Assembly (NCBI GenBank): GCA_049890095.1
Contig: JBMHCD010000003.1
Span: 14,036 to 78,035, forward strand
DNA length: 64,000 bases
Direction: 5' to 3'
DNA from: Flavobacteriales bacterium
GTDB lineage: Bacteria; Bacteroidota; Bacteroidia; Flavobacteriales; UBA7312
Shown: positions 41,301-50,986 of the stretch, one piece after another
How the letters are laid out: each line of letters begins with the position of its first letter
Numbering within the stretch: the stretch's first letter is position 1
The notes under the pieces: model-generated
Seen by the model: the letters and a program-made list of their open reading frames with translations, nothing else
Database searches by the model: none
Told to the model about the DNA's origin: nothing
Program-made: the position numbers and the translations under genes

Positions 41301-42065
41301 ATGAATATTTACCAACAAATAGAAATTAATAAGAAGAAAAAGCAAAAAATGTTTGCTATTCTTATTGATCCAGACAAGCAGAATCTGGATCAATTAACTG
41401 AATTGGTCGAAACTGCCAATAAAAACAAAGTTAACTTCTTTTTTGTTGGTGGCAGTTTACTAACAAACGACAGTCTTAATCAATGTGTTAGTACTCTCAA
41501 AAAATTGAGCAATATTCCTGTAGTATTATTTCCTGGTAATGCAATGCAAGTATGTGGTGAGGCTGACGCCATCCTATTTTTATCGTTAATTTCTGGAAGA
41601 AATGCCGAAATGCTGATAGGAAAACAAGTTATAACAGCTCCTATTGTTAAGGCAAGTAAACTAGAAACATTAGCAACTGGATATATGTTAATTGAGAGCG
41701 GTAAACCAACCACAGCATCTTATATGAGCAATACAACTCCTATACCTCATGACAAAGATGATGTTGCATCATGTACTGCAATGGCTGGAGAAATGCTTGG
41801 GCTAAAATTAATTTTTATGGATGGAGGAAGCGGAGCAAAAAATCCAATATCTTTATCGATGATTAACAAGGTTAGCTCTTCTATAAACATACCTCTAATT
41901 ATAGGTGGAGGAATTGATTCGGGACAAAAAGCAGTAGAAAATTGCAAAGCTGGAGCTGATATTATAGTGGTAGGAAATAGCATTGAAAAAAACCAGAATT
42001 TAATAGAAGAAATTTCTTTGGCAATTCATCAACTAAACAACTCCAAAAATGCAGTGCTCAGTTGA
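41301..42065 (+). CDS. Geranylgeranylglyceryl/heptaprenylglyceryl phosphate synthase (PcrB/GGGPS family, group II-like)
   Basis: ILIDPDK, FVGGSL, LFPGN, LSLISGRN, GYMLIESG, MDGGSGA, IIGGGI, IVVGN. Confidence 0.9.
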   Translation: MNIYQQIEINKKKKQKMFAILIDPDKQNLDQLTELVETANKNKVNFFFVGGSLLTNDSLNQCVSTLKKLSNIPVVLFPGNAMQVCGEADAILFLSLISGRNAEMLIGKQVITAPIVKASKLETLATGYMLIESGKPTTASYMSNTTPIPHDKDDVASCTAMAGEMLGLKLIFMDGGSGAKNPISLSMINKVSSSINIPLIIGGGIDSGQKAVENCKAGADIIVVGNSIEKNQNLIEEISLAIHQLNNSKNAVLS

Positions 42066-42309
42066 AATAAGCATGTATCCTTTAGATAAAAATTACATCG
42101 AACCTATTATTAGTTTTATTAAAAAAATACGTTCTTATCCTAATTTGTCTGTTGAAACCAATGGAATGAGTACTCAAATTTTTGGTCAATATGATGATGT
42201 AATGAACGTACTTCAGGTTGAAATAAAAAATTGCTTTGAATTACAAGAAAAAGTAGTTTTTAATCTAAAAGTAATTAATTCTTCACTTCAAGAAAAACCA
42301 AAATTCTGA
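42049..42309 (+). CDS. YkoF/thiamine-binding-protein family small protein
   Basis: SVEISMYPL...IISFIKKI...VETNGMSTQIFG.YD.VM; 86 aa single domain. Confidence 0.75.
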   Translation: MQCSVEISMYPLDKNYIEPIISFIKKIRSYPNLSVETNGMSTQIFGQYDDVMNVLQVEIKNCFELQEKVVFNLKVINSSLQEKPKF

Positions 42310-42854
42310 TGGAAACAACAGAATTAATAGCAGTAATTTTTGCTATTCTATATGTAGTTTTAGCTGCCAAAGAAAGTCTATATTGTTGGCCAGCCGCAAT
42401 CGTTAGTGTAAGCTTGTATGTATACATTTGCTTTAATGCAAAATTATTTCCTGAAACAGGTCTTCAAATATTTTATTTGGCTATGGCTATTTATGGCTGG
42501 TTACAATGGCGAAAACCAAAAAAAGAAATAACCATTAAAAGCTGGCCATTACGAAAACATTTTATTGTGTTAGCTAGTTCAATTTTGTTGAGTATTGGCC
42601 TGGGCTACTATTTTGACGTATATACTCAAGCAGCTATGCCCTACTTAGATTCCTCTACAACTATATTAAGTTTGTTTGCTACTTATATGTTAACCAAAAA
42701 AATTATAGAAAACTGGTGGTATTGGATTGCAATAGATATTGCCTCTGCATATCTATACTATAATAGAGATTTAACTTTAAGCGCAATATTGTTTGCTCTA
42801 TATGTAATACTTGCCTCTGTTGGCTACTTGCAATGGAAAAAAAATATGGCATGA
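42309..42854 (+). CDS. pnuC: PnuC-family vitamin transporter (nicotinamide riboside or thiamine, PnuT-like)
   Basis: YVVLAAKESLYCWP, GLQIFY..MAIYGWLQW, YLDSSTT, KKIIENWWYW. Confidence 0.88.
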   Translation: METTELIAVIFAILYVVLAAKESLYCWPAAIVSVSLYVYICFNAKLFPETGLQIFYLAMAIYGWLQWRKPKKEITIKSWPLRKHFIVLASSILLSIGLGYYFDVYTQAAMPYLDSSTTILSLFATYMLTKKIIENWWYWIAIDIASAYLYYNRDLTLSAILFALYVILASVGYLQWKKNMA

Positions 42855-43357
42855 AAAAAATTGTTTTAATAGGACCTGAGAGTACAGGCAAAACAACTCT
42901 CGCTAAGGCTTTAGCAAAACATTATGATTGTAATTATGTTCCAGAATACGCAAGACAATATATAAACGACTTAAATCGACCATATCAAAAAGAGGATATA
43001 GTTACCATTGCAAAAAAACAAATTGAACTAGAAGAAACAAAGGAAAAAAAAGAGCCATTTTTATTTTTAGACACCGATCTTATAGTGTGCAAAATATGGA
43101 GTAAATTTAAATATGGGGAATGCCACCCTTGGATATTAAAACAGATTAATCAACGAACATACCATCATTACCTTCTTTGCAATATCGATTTACCATGGCA
43201 AGCAGATTCGCAAAGAGAAAATCCAAATGACAGACAGGAATTATTTTCAATTTATTTAAAGGAAATGATTAAATACAAAAAATCCTATTCAGTTATTAAA
43301 GGAACTGAAAATCAGCGCTTACAAAATGCCATTAAAATTCTTGAAAGCTTGAGTTAA
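42851..43357 (+). CDS. NadR-like P-loop kinase/AAA domain protein
   Basis: VLIGPESTGKTTLA, VPEYARQY, FLDTD, LPWQADSQRE; no NMNAT domain; ATGA overlap with pnuC. Confidence 0.85.
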   Translation: MKKIVLIGPESTGKTTLAKALAKHYDCNYVPEYARQYINDLNRPYQKEDIVTIAKKQIELEETKEKKEPFLFLDTDLIVCKIWSKFKYGECHPWILKQINQRTYHHYLLCNIDLPWQADSQRENPNDRQELFSIYLKEMIKYKKSYSVIKGTENQRLQNAIKILESLS

Positions 43358-43376
43358 TTAATTTATAAAAAAAAAT

Positions 43377-43384
43377 TAAATTTG
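43377..43384 (+). promoter_or_regulatory. -7 promoter box (TAAATTTG) upstream of the TPP riboswitch
   Basis: TAnnTTTG immediately 5' of the aptamer. Confidence 0.6.
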
Positions 43385-43465
43385 TTCCATCTTTTACGGG
43401 GTGCCATAACTGGCTGAGATTACACCCATCGAACCTGCCAAGGTAATTCTTGGAAGGGAATGGTT
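43385..43465 (+). ncRNA. TPP riboswitch (variant J4/5 and J5/4)
   Basis: GGGGTGCC-ATAACT-GGCTGAGA-TTACACCC-ATCGAACCTG-CCAAGG-TAAT-TCTTGG-AAGGGAA; P1 CCAT/ATGG. Confidence 0.88.
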
Positions 43466-43524
43466 TAAACATATTAAACTCTATTGCAACTCCGTGCAAT
43501 GGAGAATGTTTAAAAAAATTAACA

Positions 43525-45729
43525 ATGATTAAAAAATTATTTTATGCATGCATTATTTCTTTAGGCATGCAGGCGAACGCACAAATTCAGGACAGTGTAA
43601 AAATCAAGCTTGAAATTGACCAAGTGAACATCAATGCACTTAGAGCATCGCAACAAACACCTATGTCCTTTACTAACATCAGTAAAGAAGAATTAACCGA
43701 ACAAAACATTGGTCAAGACATTCCTTATTTACTTTCATTTACTCCATCTGTAGTGACTACATCGGATGCAGGAGCAGGTATTGGATATACAGGCTTTAGG
43801 GTTAGAGGAACGGATCCAAGTAGAATCAATGTTACAATTGATGGTATTCCTCTCAACGATTCAGAATCTCATGGTGTATGGTGGGTAAACATGCCCGACT
43901 TTTCTTCTTCAATAGAAAACATACAGATACAAAGAGGGGTAGGAACTTCCACTAATGGAGCTGGAGCTTTTGGAGCGAGTGTTAATTTAGTAACTAACAA
44001 ATTACGCACTAAGGCTTATACCACTTCAAGTAATACGATTGGTTCTTACAATACGCTAAAAAATAACATTGAATTTGGAACAGGACTTATCAATAACCAA
44101 TTTACAATGGACGGAAGATTATCTAGAATTAGCTCGGATGGTTATATTGATAGAGCAAGCTCTGATTTAAAATCTTTCTATCTTTCTGGAGCATATTATG
44201 GTGATAAAGAATCGCTCAAACTAACTGTTTTTTCTGGAAAAGAAATTACTTACCAAGCATGGAATGGAGTACCTTTAAATTATCTGAAAATAGATAGTTT
44301 GAGAACGTTTAATTCGTATACCTATGATAATGAAGTCGATAACTACGGACAAACTCATTATCATTTAAATTACTTTAAAGAGCTAAGAGAAAACGAAAAG
44401 TTCAATATTGGACTACATTACACAAAAGGAGCAGGATATTTCGAACAATTCAAAGCTGGTGAAGATTTAGCGGATTATGGATTAGAAAATATTATTTTAG
44501 GTGGAGAAACAATAGAAAGTACAGATCTTATAAGAAGAAGATGGTTAGATAATGATTTTTACGGAACTGTATTTTCATACAATAATTCCACTGACACAAA
44601 ATTTGACTACACAATTGGTGGCGCATGGAATACATACGAGGGTGCTCATTTTGGAGAAATCATATGGGCACAATACGCTAGCAATAGCGACATTCGTCAA
44701 CGTTATTATGATAATGATGCTAGTAAAACGGACTATAATATATATGCAAAAGCATTATATCAATATACAAACGACATACTTGTCTATGGAGACTTACAAA
44801 AAAGATGGATTGATTATAGTTTTATTGGTAAAGATCAAGATGGATCTGATTTAGACGATAACGCTACATTTGACTTTTTCAACCCAAAATTTGGTATAAA
44901 CTACACGATTAATAAAAATACTAATGCATTTGCATCATTTGCTGTTGCAAATAAAGAACCTAATCGTTCAGATTTTGTAGATTCCTCTCCTCAAAGCAGA
45001 CCTGTTCACGAAACCTTGTACGATACAGAAATTGGTTACAAGTTTCAAACCAAAAACTATGCATTCAGTGTTAATGCTTACTATATGATTTATGAAAACC
45101 AATTAATCCTTACCGGACAAATAAATGATGTTGGTGCATACACAAGACAAAATATAGATTATAGCGAGCGAAAAGGAATTGAACTAGAGGGATCTTTTGT
45201 AATTAACAATAAATTGAACTGGGCTGCAAATGCAACTTTTAGTGAAAATAAAATTCCTTATTTTATAGAATATGTAGATAACTGGGATACATGGGGACAA
45301 GAAGAATTTATTTATAAAAATACGGATATTGCATTTTCTCCAGACCTTATTTGGGCTAGTCGTTTTGATTATCAACATAACGAACAACTCAAACTACAAT
45401 TCATTTCAAAATATGTTGGCGACCAATTTATTGACAACACTTCTTCTGAAGAGAGAATGTTGGAAGCTTACCTAACTCATACTGCTAGAATAACTTTTGA
45501 TATGAAATCAAAACTATTTAACACTGCTCGTTGGACATTTCAAGTAAACAATCTGCTAGATGCAAATTATACAACTAACGCATGGATTTATAGATTTATT
45601 TCTGATGGCTACGACCCAAGACCAGATGATCCTTATGTAAATAGTAACAGTCAAAATGGTTATGACATGGCAGGATATTTCCCTCAAGCAAAAAGAAACT
45701 TTTTAGTAGGACTTACTTTAGGTTTTTAA
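43525..45729 (+). CDS. TonB-dependent receptor, probable thiamine uptake
   Basis: Signal peptide from ATG 43525; plug GFRVRGTDPSRINVTIDGIPLND, RGVGTSTNGAGAFGASVN; C-terminal QAKRNFLVGLTLGF; preceded by the TPP riboswitch. Confidence 0.9.
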   Translation: MIKKLFYACIISLGMQANAQIQDSVKIKLEIDQVNINALRASQQTPMSFTNISKEELTEQNIGQDIPYLLSFTPSVVTTSDAGAGIGYTGFRVRGTDPSRINVTIDGIPLNDSESHGVWWVNMPDFSSSIENIQIQRGVGTSTNGAGAFGASVNLVTNKLRTKAYTTSSNTIGSYNTLKNNIEFGTGLINNQFTMDGRLSRISSDGYIDRASSDLKSFYLSGAYYGDKESLKLTVFSGKEITYQAWNGVPLNYLKIDSLRTFNSYTYDNEVDNYGQTHYHLNYFKELRENEKFNIGLHYTKGAGYFEQFKAGEDLADYGLENIILGGETIESTDLIRRRWLDNDFYGTVFSYNNSTDTKFDYTIGGAWNTYEGAHFGEIIWAQYASNSDIRQRYYDNDASKTDYNIYAKALYQYTNDILVYGDLQKRWIDYSFIGKDQDGSDLDDNATFDFFNPKFGINYTINKNTNAFASFAVANKEPNRSDFVDSSPQSRPVHETLYDTEIGYKFQTKNYAFSVNAYYMIYENQLILTGQINDVGAYTRQNIDYSERKGIELEGSFVINNKLNWAANATFSENKIPYFIEYVDNWDTWGQEEFIYKNTDIAFSPDLIWASRFDYQHNEQLKLQFISKYVGDQFIDNTSSEERMLEAYLTHTARITFDMKSKLFNTARWTFQVNNLLDANYTTNAWIYRFISDGYDPRPDDPYVNSNSQNGYDMAGYFPQAKRNFLVGLTLGF

Positions 45730-45744
45730 AAGATATTAATTACT

Positions 45745-45774
45745 AAAAACGCTCCATTAAGGAGCGTTTTTTTT
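45745..45774. terminator. Intrinsic terminator after the TonB receptor, convergent with ribF
   Basis: AAAAACGCTCC-ATTAA-GGAGCG-T8. Confidence 0.85.
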
Positions 45775-46693
45775 AGCTATTTAAAATCAAATGCTTGTCT
45801 TTTTGAAGTTGATTTTTTAATTGATCCAAAGAATCAAACTGCTTTTCATCTCTTATTCTTTTACTAAAAAATACTTCAATAGTTTCTTGATACAAATCTC
45901 CATCGAAATCAAAAATATGAACTTCTAATTTTTTTTGCTGACCTCCTATAGTAGGATTTATTCCTATATTCATCATTGCACCATAACATTCGTTGTTGTG
46001 TAGAACGTCCACTTTATACACTCCATTTTTAGGAATTATTTTAAGTGAATCATCCAATTCTAAATTAGCTGTAGGGAATTCAATAGTACGTCCAATTTGG
46101 CGACCTCTAACAACTTTAGCCTTTAATTTGAATGGATAACCCAAATAATCATTTGCCAAATCCACCTCACCATTTTGTAAAGCCTTTCTAATTTTGGTAG
46201 AACTAACACTCACATCGTCCAACAACTGCACCGGTATTTCTTCCACCTCAAAACCATACAATGGGGCGAATTCTTTTAGATGTTCAAAAGATCCTTCTCT
46301 ATTTCTACCGAAATGATGATCGTAGCCAATCACTAGTTTATGAGTAGAAAGTTGATTTACTAAAATATCGCGGACAAACTGTATTGAAGTTGTTCTAGAA
46401 AATTCTTTATCAAAAGGATGCACAATTAAATGTTGAACTCCTGCCTTTTCTAGTAACACTTTTTTTTCTTCCAATGTATTCAGTAACTGCAAACCATGAT
46501 CGTTGGGGAAAAGCACCATTCGAGGATGTGGAGAAAAAGTTAAAATTACCGATTCTCCATCATTTTTTTTGGCTATTTCAGTTAGTCTATCAATAATTTT
46601 GCGATGTCCAAAATGAACACCATCAAAAGTTCCCGTAGTTACTATTGGTCGTTTTACCGAAGAAAATTCGCTGATGTTAGAATAAATTTTCAA
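45773..46693 (-). CDS. ribF: Bifunctional riboflavin kinase/FAD synthetase
   Basis: GTFDGVHFGH, TFSPHP, GYDHHFG, VSSTKIR, GRTIEFPTAN, EVHIFDF. Confidence 0.97.
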   Translation of the reverse strand: MKIYSNISEFSSVKRPIVTTGTFDGVHFGHRKIIDRLTEIAKKNDGESVILTFSPHPRMVLFPNDHGLQLLNTLEEKKVLLEKAGVQHLIVHPFDKEFSRTTSIQFVRDILVNQLSTHKLVIGYDHHFGRNREGSFEHLKEFAPLYGFEVEEIPVQLLDDVSVSSTKIRKALQNGEVDLANDYLGYPFKLKAKVVRGRQIGRTIEFPTANLELDDSLKIIPKNGVYKVDVLHNNECYGAMMNIGINPTIGGQQKKLEVHIFDFDGDLYQETIEVFFSKRIRDEKQFDSLDQLKNQLQKDKHLILNS

Positions 46694-46781
46694 TTCTTTT
46701 TGTAGCTAAAATAAAATGTTAAAACCTTGTTCAAAAATAGTGATTAATTTATTTATGAAATGATTGTTATAAACTAAATAA

Positions 46782-48362
<1,581 letters not shown>

Positions 48363-48370
48363 TTTTAAAA

Positions 48371-48607
48371 ATGTTGTTAGAAATTATTACTCCAGAAAGT
48401 AAAGTTTATGAGGGAGAAGTAAAATCTGTTCAATTCCCTGGAACAGACGGCAGCTTTGAAATCCTTAACCAACACGCTCCTATTATTTCCTCCTTAACTA
48501 AAGGAAGTATAAGAGTAATTGATCAAAAAGACGAAACTTCTAATTTTGATATTAGTGGAGGTGTTATCGAAATGCAAAACAATAAAATTATTGTTTTAGC
48601 GGAATAA
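48371..48607 (+). CDS. atpC: F1 ATP synthase epsilon subunit (N-terminal beta domain only)
   Basis: LEIITPE...PGTDGSFEILNQHAPIIS...ISGGVIE; 78 aa. Confidence 0.93.
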   Translation: MLLEIITPESKVYEGEVKSVQFPGTDGSFEILNQHAPIISSLTKGSIRVIDQKDETSNFDISGGVIEMQNNKIIVLAE

Positions 48608-48631
48608 AGACTACAACATATTGAATAATCT

Positions 48632-48666
48632 AAAAAAGAAGATATTTTAAGATATCTTCTTTTTTT
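48632..48666 (+). terminator. Intrinsic terminator after atpC
   Basis: AAAAAAGAAGATAT-TTTAAG-ATATCTTC-T7. Confidence 0.8.
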
Positions 48667-48721
48667 GTTATATTCACAAAAATACTTAAGTCATCAGAAT
48701 TAAATTTCTTAAAAAAAAGTC

Positions 48722-49243
48722 ATGAAAAATTTATTCTATATCATCATCATTTCCTTATTACATAATTTTGGAAAAGCTCAAACTGCTAATGAATTTTTTG
48801 CAATACACCAATTCAATAACATGGCAGCTATAAATTCAGTAACTAGTCCGGTTGAAGATTCGCATGCCTACGACCGAATTGGCAGCTATTTCAATCTTTC
48901 TCATGGAGGATATTATAATTTAAATAATTTTAGCCCTATTGCAGAAATAGAAGAACCTCAACACCCTATTTTCAACAATGTATTTGGCTCTGTTGACTCT
49001 ATATTTTCAGAATATTGGGTTGGCCATTATGAACATCCACTACCATCAGATTTTACAAGCCTGGCAACTGATTCAGGCTTAACGACTGCTAACTCTGTAA
49101 TTGTATCCTATAATAATGGTAAAGCAATTTTTCTTACAGATCATGGATTTTGTTCAAGTACATTTATGAATAATGGAGGAAACATTTCTACACAAACAGA
49201 AATTTTTTGGGCTAATTTATTGTCATGGGCTTTACAAAAATAA
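48722..49243 (+). CDS. Hypothetical exported protein
   Basis: 173-aa ORF filling the gap between atpC and bioF; signal peptide MKNLFYIIIISLLHNFGKA-Q; no family recognised. Confidence 0.6.
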   Translation: MKNLFYIIIISLLHNFGKAQTANEFFAIHQFNNMAAINSVTSPVEDSHAYDRIGSYFNLSHGGYYNLNNFSPIAEIEEPQHPIFNNVFGSVDSIFSEYWVGHYEHPLPSDFTSLATDSGLTTANSVIVSYNNGKAIFLTDHGFCSSTFMNNGGNISTQTEIFWANLLSWALQK

Positions 49244-49300
49244 AAGCCAATTTTACAACCCAATATTAACAAAATCTGAATCTCAATAGTGTTTTTGTAG

Positions 49301-49308
49301 TATATTTG
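49301..49308 (+). promoter_or_regulatory. -7 promoter box (TATATTTG) for the biotin operon
   Basis: TAnnTTTG match 8 nt upstream of ATG 49317. Confidence 0.6.
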
Positions 49309-49316
49309 GATTGATT

Positions 49317-50378
49317 ATGCTAGAAAAAAAATTAATTCAAATACTAAAAAAAAGAGAGCAAGAAAATGCTCTCAGAAGCCTGACTCTTACGACAAATAGA
49401 GTCGATTTTTTTTCTAATGACTACCTTGGTTTTTCTAAAAAAAAATGGGTTTCAACTCTAAGTAACGGTTCTACCGGCAGTAGGTTGCTAAGTGGGAATA
49501 GTCAAATTCATATCGATTGTGAAAACTTTTTATCCAATTTTTACCAAACAGAATCTGCCCTATTGTTCCAATCTGGATATGACGCAAACCTTGGTTTTTT
49601 TTCTTGTGTACCACAAAAAAATGATACGATTATTTATGATGAACTTTGTCATGCTTCCATTCGCGATGGAATGCGGTTAGGTAAAGCTAGAAATTTTAGT
49701 TTCCGACATAATGATTTAGACCATTTAAACGAAAAGATAAATCAAGCTACTGGCAATTGTTTTGTAGTGGTTGAAAGTGTTTATTCTATGGATGGAGACT
49801 TTTCTCCATTAAATGAAATTTCAAAACTATGTCAACAAAAGGGTGCTAATTTAGTAATTGATGAAGCACATGCTAGTGGTATTTTTGGACCGATGGGTCA
49901 AGGAATAGGCTATGATATTCCTAGTTTTGCTCGTATTCATACCTTTGGAAAAGCCTTTGGTTGTCATGGTGCCGTCATTGTAGGTAGCAGTGTTTTAATA
50001 GATTTTCTTATCAATTTTTCTAGACCGCTAATTTATACCACAGCACTTTCTCCCCATTCAGTTAGTTGCATATTGCAAGCTCATCAAGAAATATCAAATT
50101 GTTCAGAAATAAATCAATTACACCAAAATATTAATTTGTTCAAAAAACATATAAGAAATCCTAAACTTATTGATAGTGATTCTGCAATACAATGTATTAT
50201 AATTAGCGGAAATAATGATTGTAAAAAAACAGCACAAAAAATACAATCTGAAGGATTAGATGTTCGCCCAATACTTCATCCTACTGTAAAACAAGGGCAA
50301 GAACGACTTAGAATTTGCCTTCATTCTTATAATACTAAAGAAGAAATTCTGCATCTTTGTCAACAATTAAATCAATGA
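49317..50378 (+). CDS. bioF: 8-amino-7-oxononanoate synthase
   Basis: FFSNDYLG, GSTGSRLLSG, DELCHASIRDG, ESVYSMDGD, DEAHA, TFGKA (PLP lysine). Confidence 0.93.
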   Translation: MLEKKLIQILKKREQENALRSLTLTTNRVDFFSNDYLGFSKKKWVSTLSNGSTGSRLLSGNSQIHIDCENFLSNFYQTESALLFQSGYDANLGFFSCVPQKNDTIIYDELCHASIRDGMRLGKARNFSFRHNDLDHLNEKINQATGNCFVVVESVYSMDGDFSPLNEISKLCQQKGANLVIDEAHASGIFGPMGQGIGYDIPSFARIHTFGKAFGCHGAVIVGSSVLIDFLINFSRPLIYTTALSPHSVSCILQAHQEISNCSEINQLHQNINLFKKHIRNPKLIDSDSAIQCIIISGNNDCKKTAQKIQSEGLDVRPILHPTVKQGQERLRICLHSYNTKEEILHLCQQLNQ

Positions 50379-50986
50379 GCTTTTTTATAACAGGAATAGG
50401 GACAGAAATTGGTAAAACCATTGCTAGTGCAATATTGGTCCAAGCCTTAAAATGGGATTATTGGAAGCCAATCCAATCTGGTGATTTAGACCATAGTGAT
50501 AGCCACAAGGTAAAACAATTAATAAATACAGATAATCACTTTTTTGAAGAAAGTTATCGACTCAAAACACCTCTTTCGCCACATGCATCGGCAAAGATAG
50601 ATAACATAGAAATTGACCTAGAAAAAATAAAATTACCTAAAAAAGATAAGCTAATAATTGAAGGTGCTGGGGGACTACTAGTACCACTCAATCAAAAAGA
50701 AACTATCATCGATTTAATAAAAAAACTAAAAACAGAAGTAATCGTTGTTAGCCGTCATTATCTTGGAAGCATTAATCATACGCTATTAACCATTGATTGT
50801 TTACGGAGAAATCAAATTCCAATCAAGGGTATAATATTTAACGGAGCTGAAAATAAAGATACTGAGTCCATTATTCTATCCACAACAAAAGTTCGTTTTT
50901 TAGGTCGTATTGAGCCAATGAAAGAGGTAAATGCGCAGAGCATATTACAAGCAAGTTTGGAATTTAAACATTTGGCAAATGAATAA
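50375..50986 (+). CDS. bioD: Dethiobiotin synthetase
   Basis: FITGIGTEIGKT, YWKPIQSG, EGAGGLLVP, LGSINHT; ATGA overlap with bioF. Confidence 0.96.
   Translation: MSFFITGIGTEIGKTIASAILVQALKWDYWKPIQSGDLDHSDSHKVKQLINTDNHFFEESYRLKTPLSPHASAKIDNIEIDLEKIKLPKKDKLIIEGAGGLLVPLNQKETIIDLIKKLKTEVIVVSRHYLGSINHTLLTIDCLRRNQIPIKGIIFNGAENKDTESIILSTTKVRFLGRIEPMKEVNAQSILQASLEFKHLANE

Noticed and set aside
43450-43524. N-terminal extension of the TonB receptor ORF
   Set aside because: It overlaps the riboswitch; the signal peptide begins at ATG 43525.
48371-48607. Truncated atpC and atpD-atpC separated from the rest of the atp operon
   Set aside because: A short epsilon subunit and a split atp operon are normal for Bacteroidota; not a pseudogene.
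49244-49316. BirA operator or biotin-responsive leader before bioF
   Set aside because: No convincing inverted repeat; the promoter box is only 8 nt from the ATG, leaving no room for a leader.
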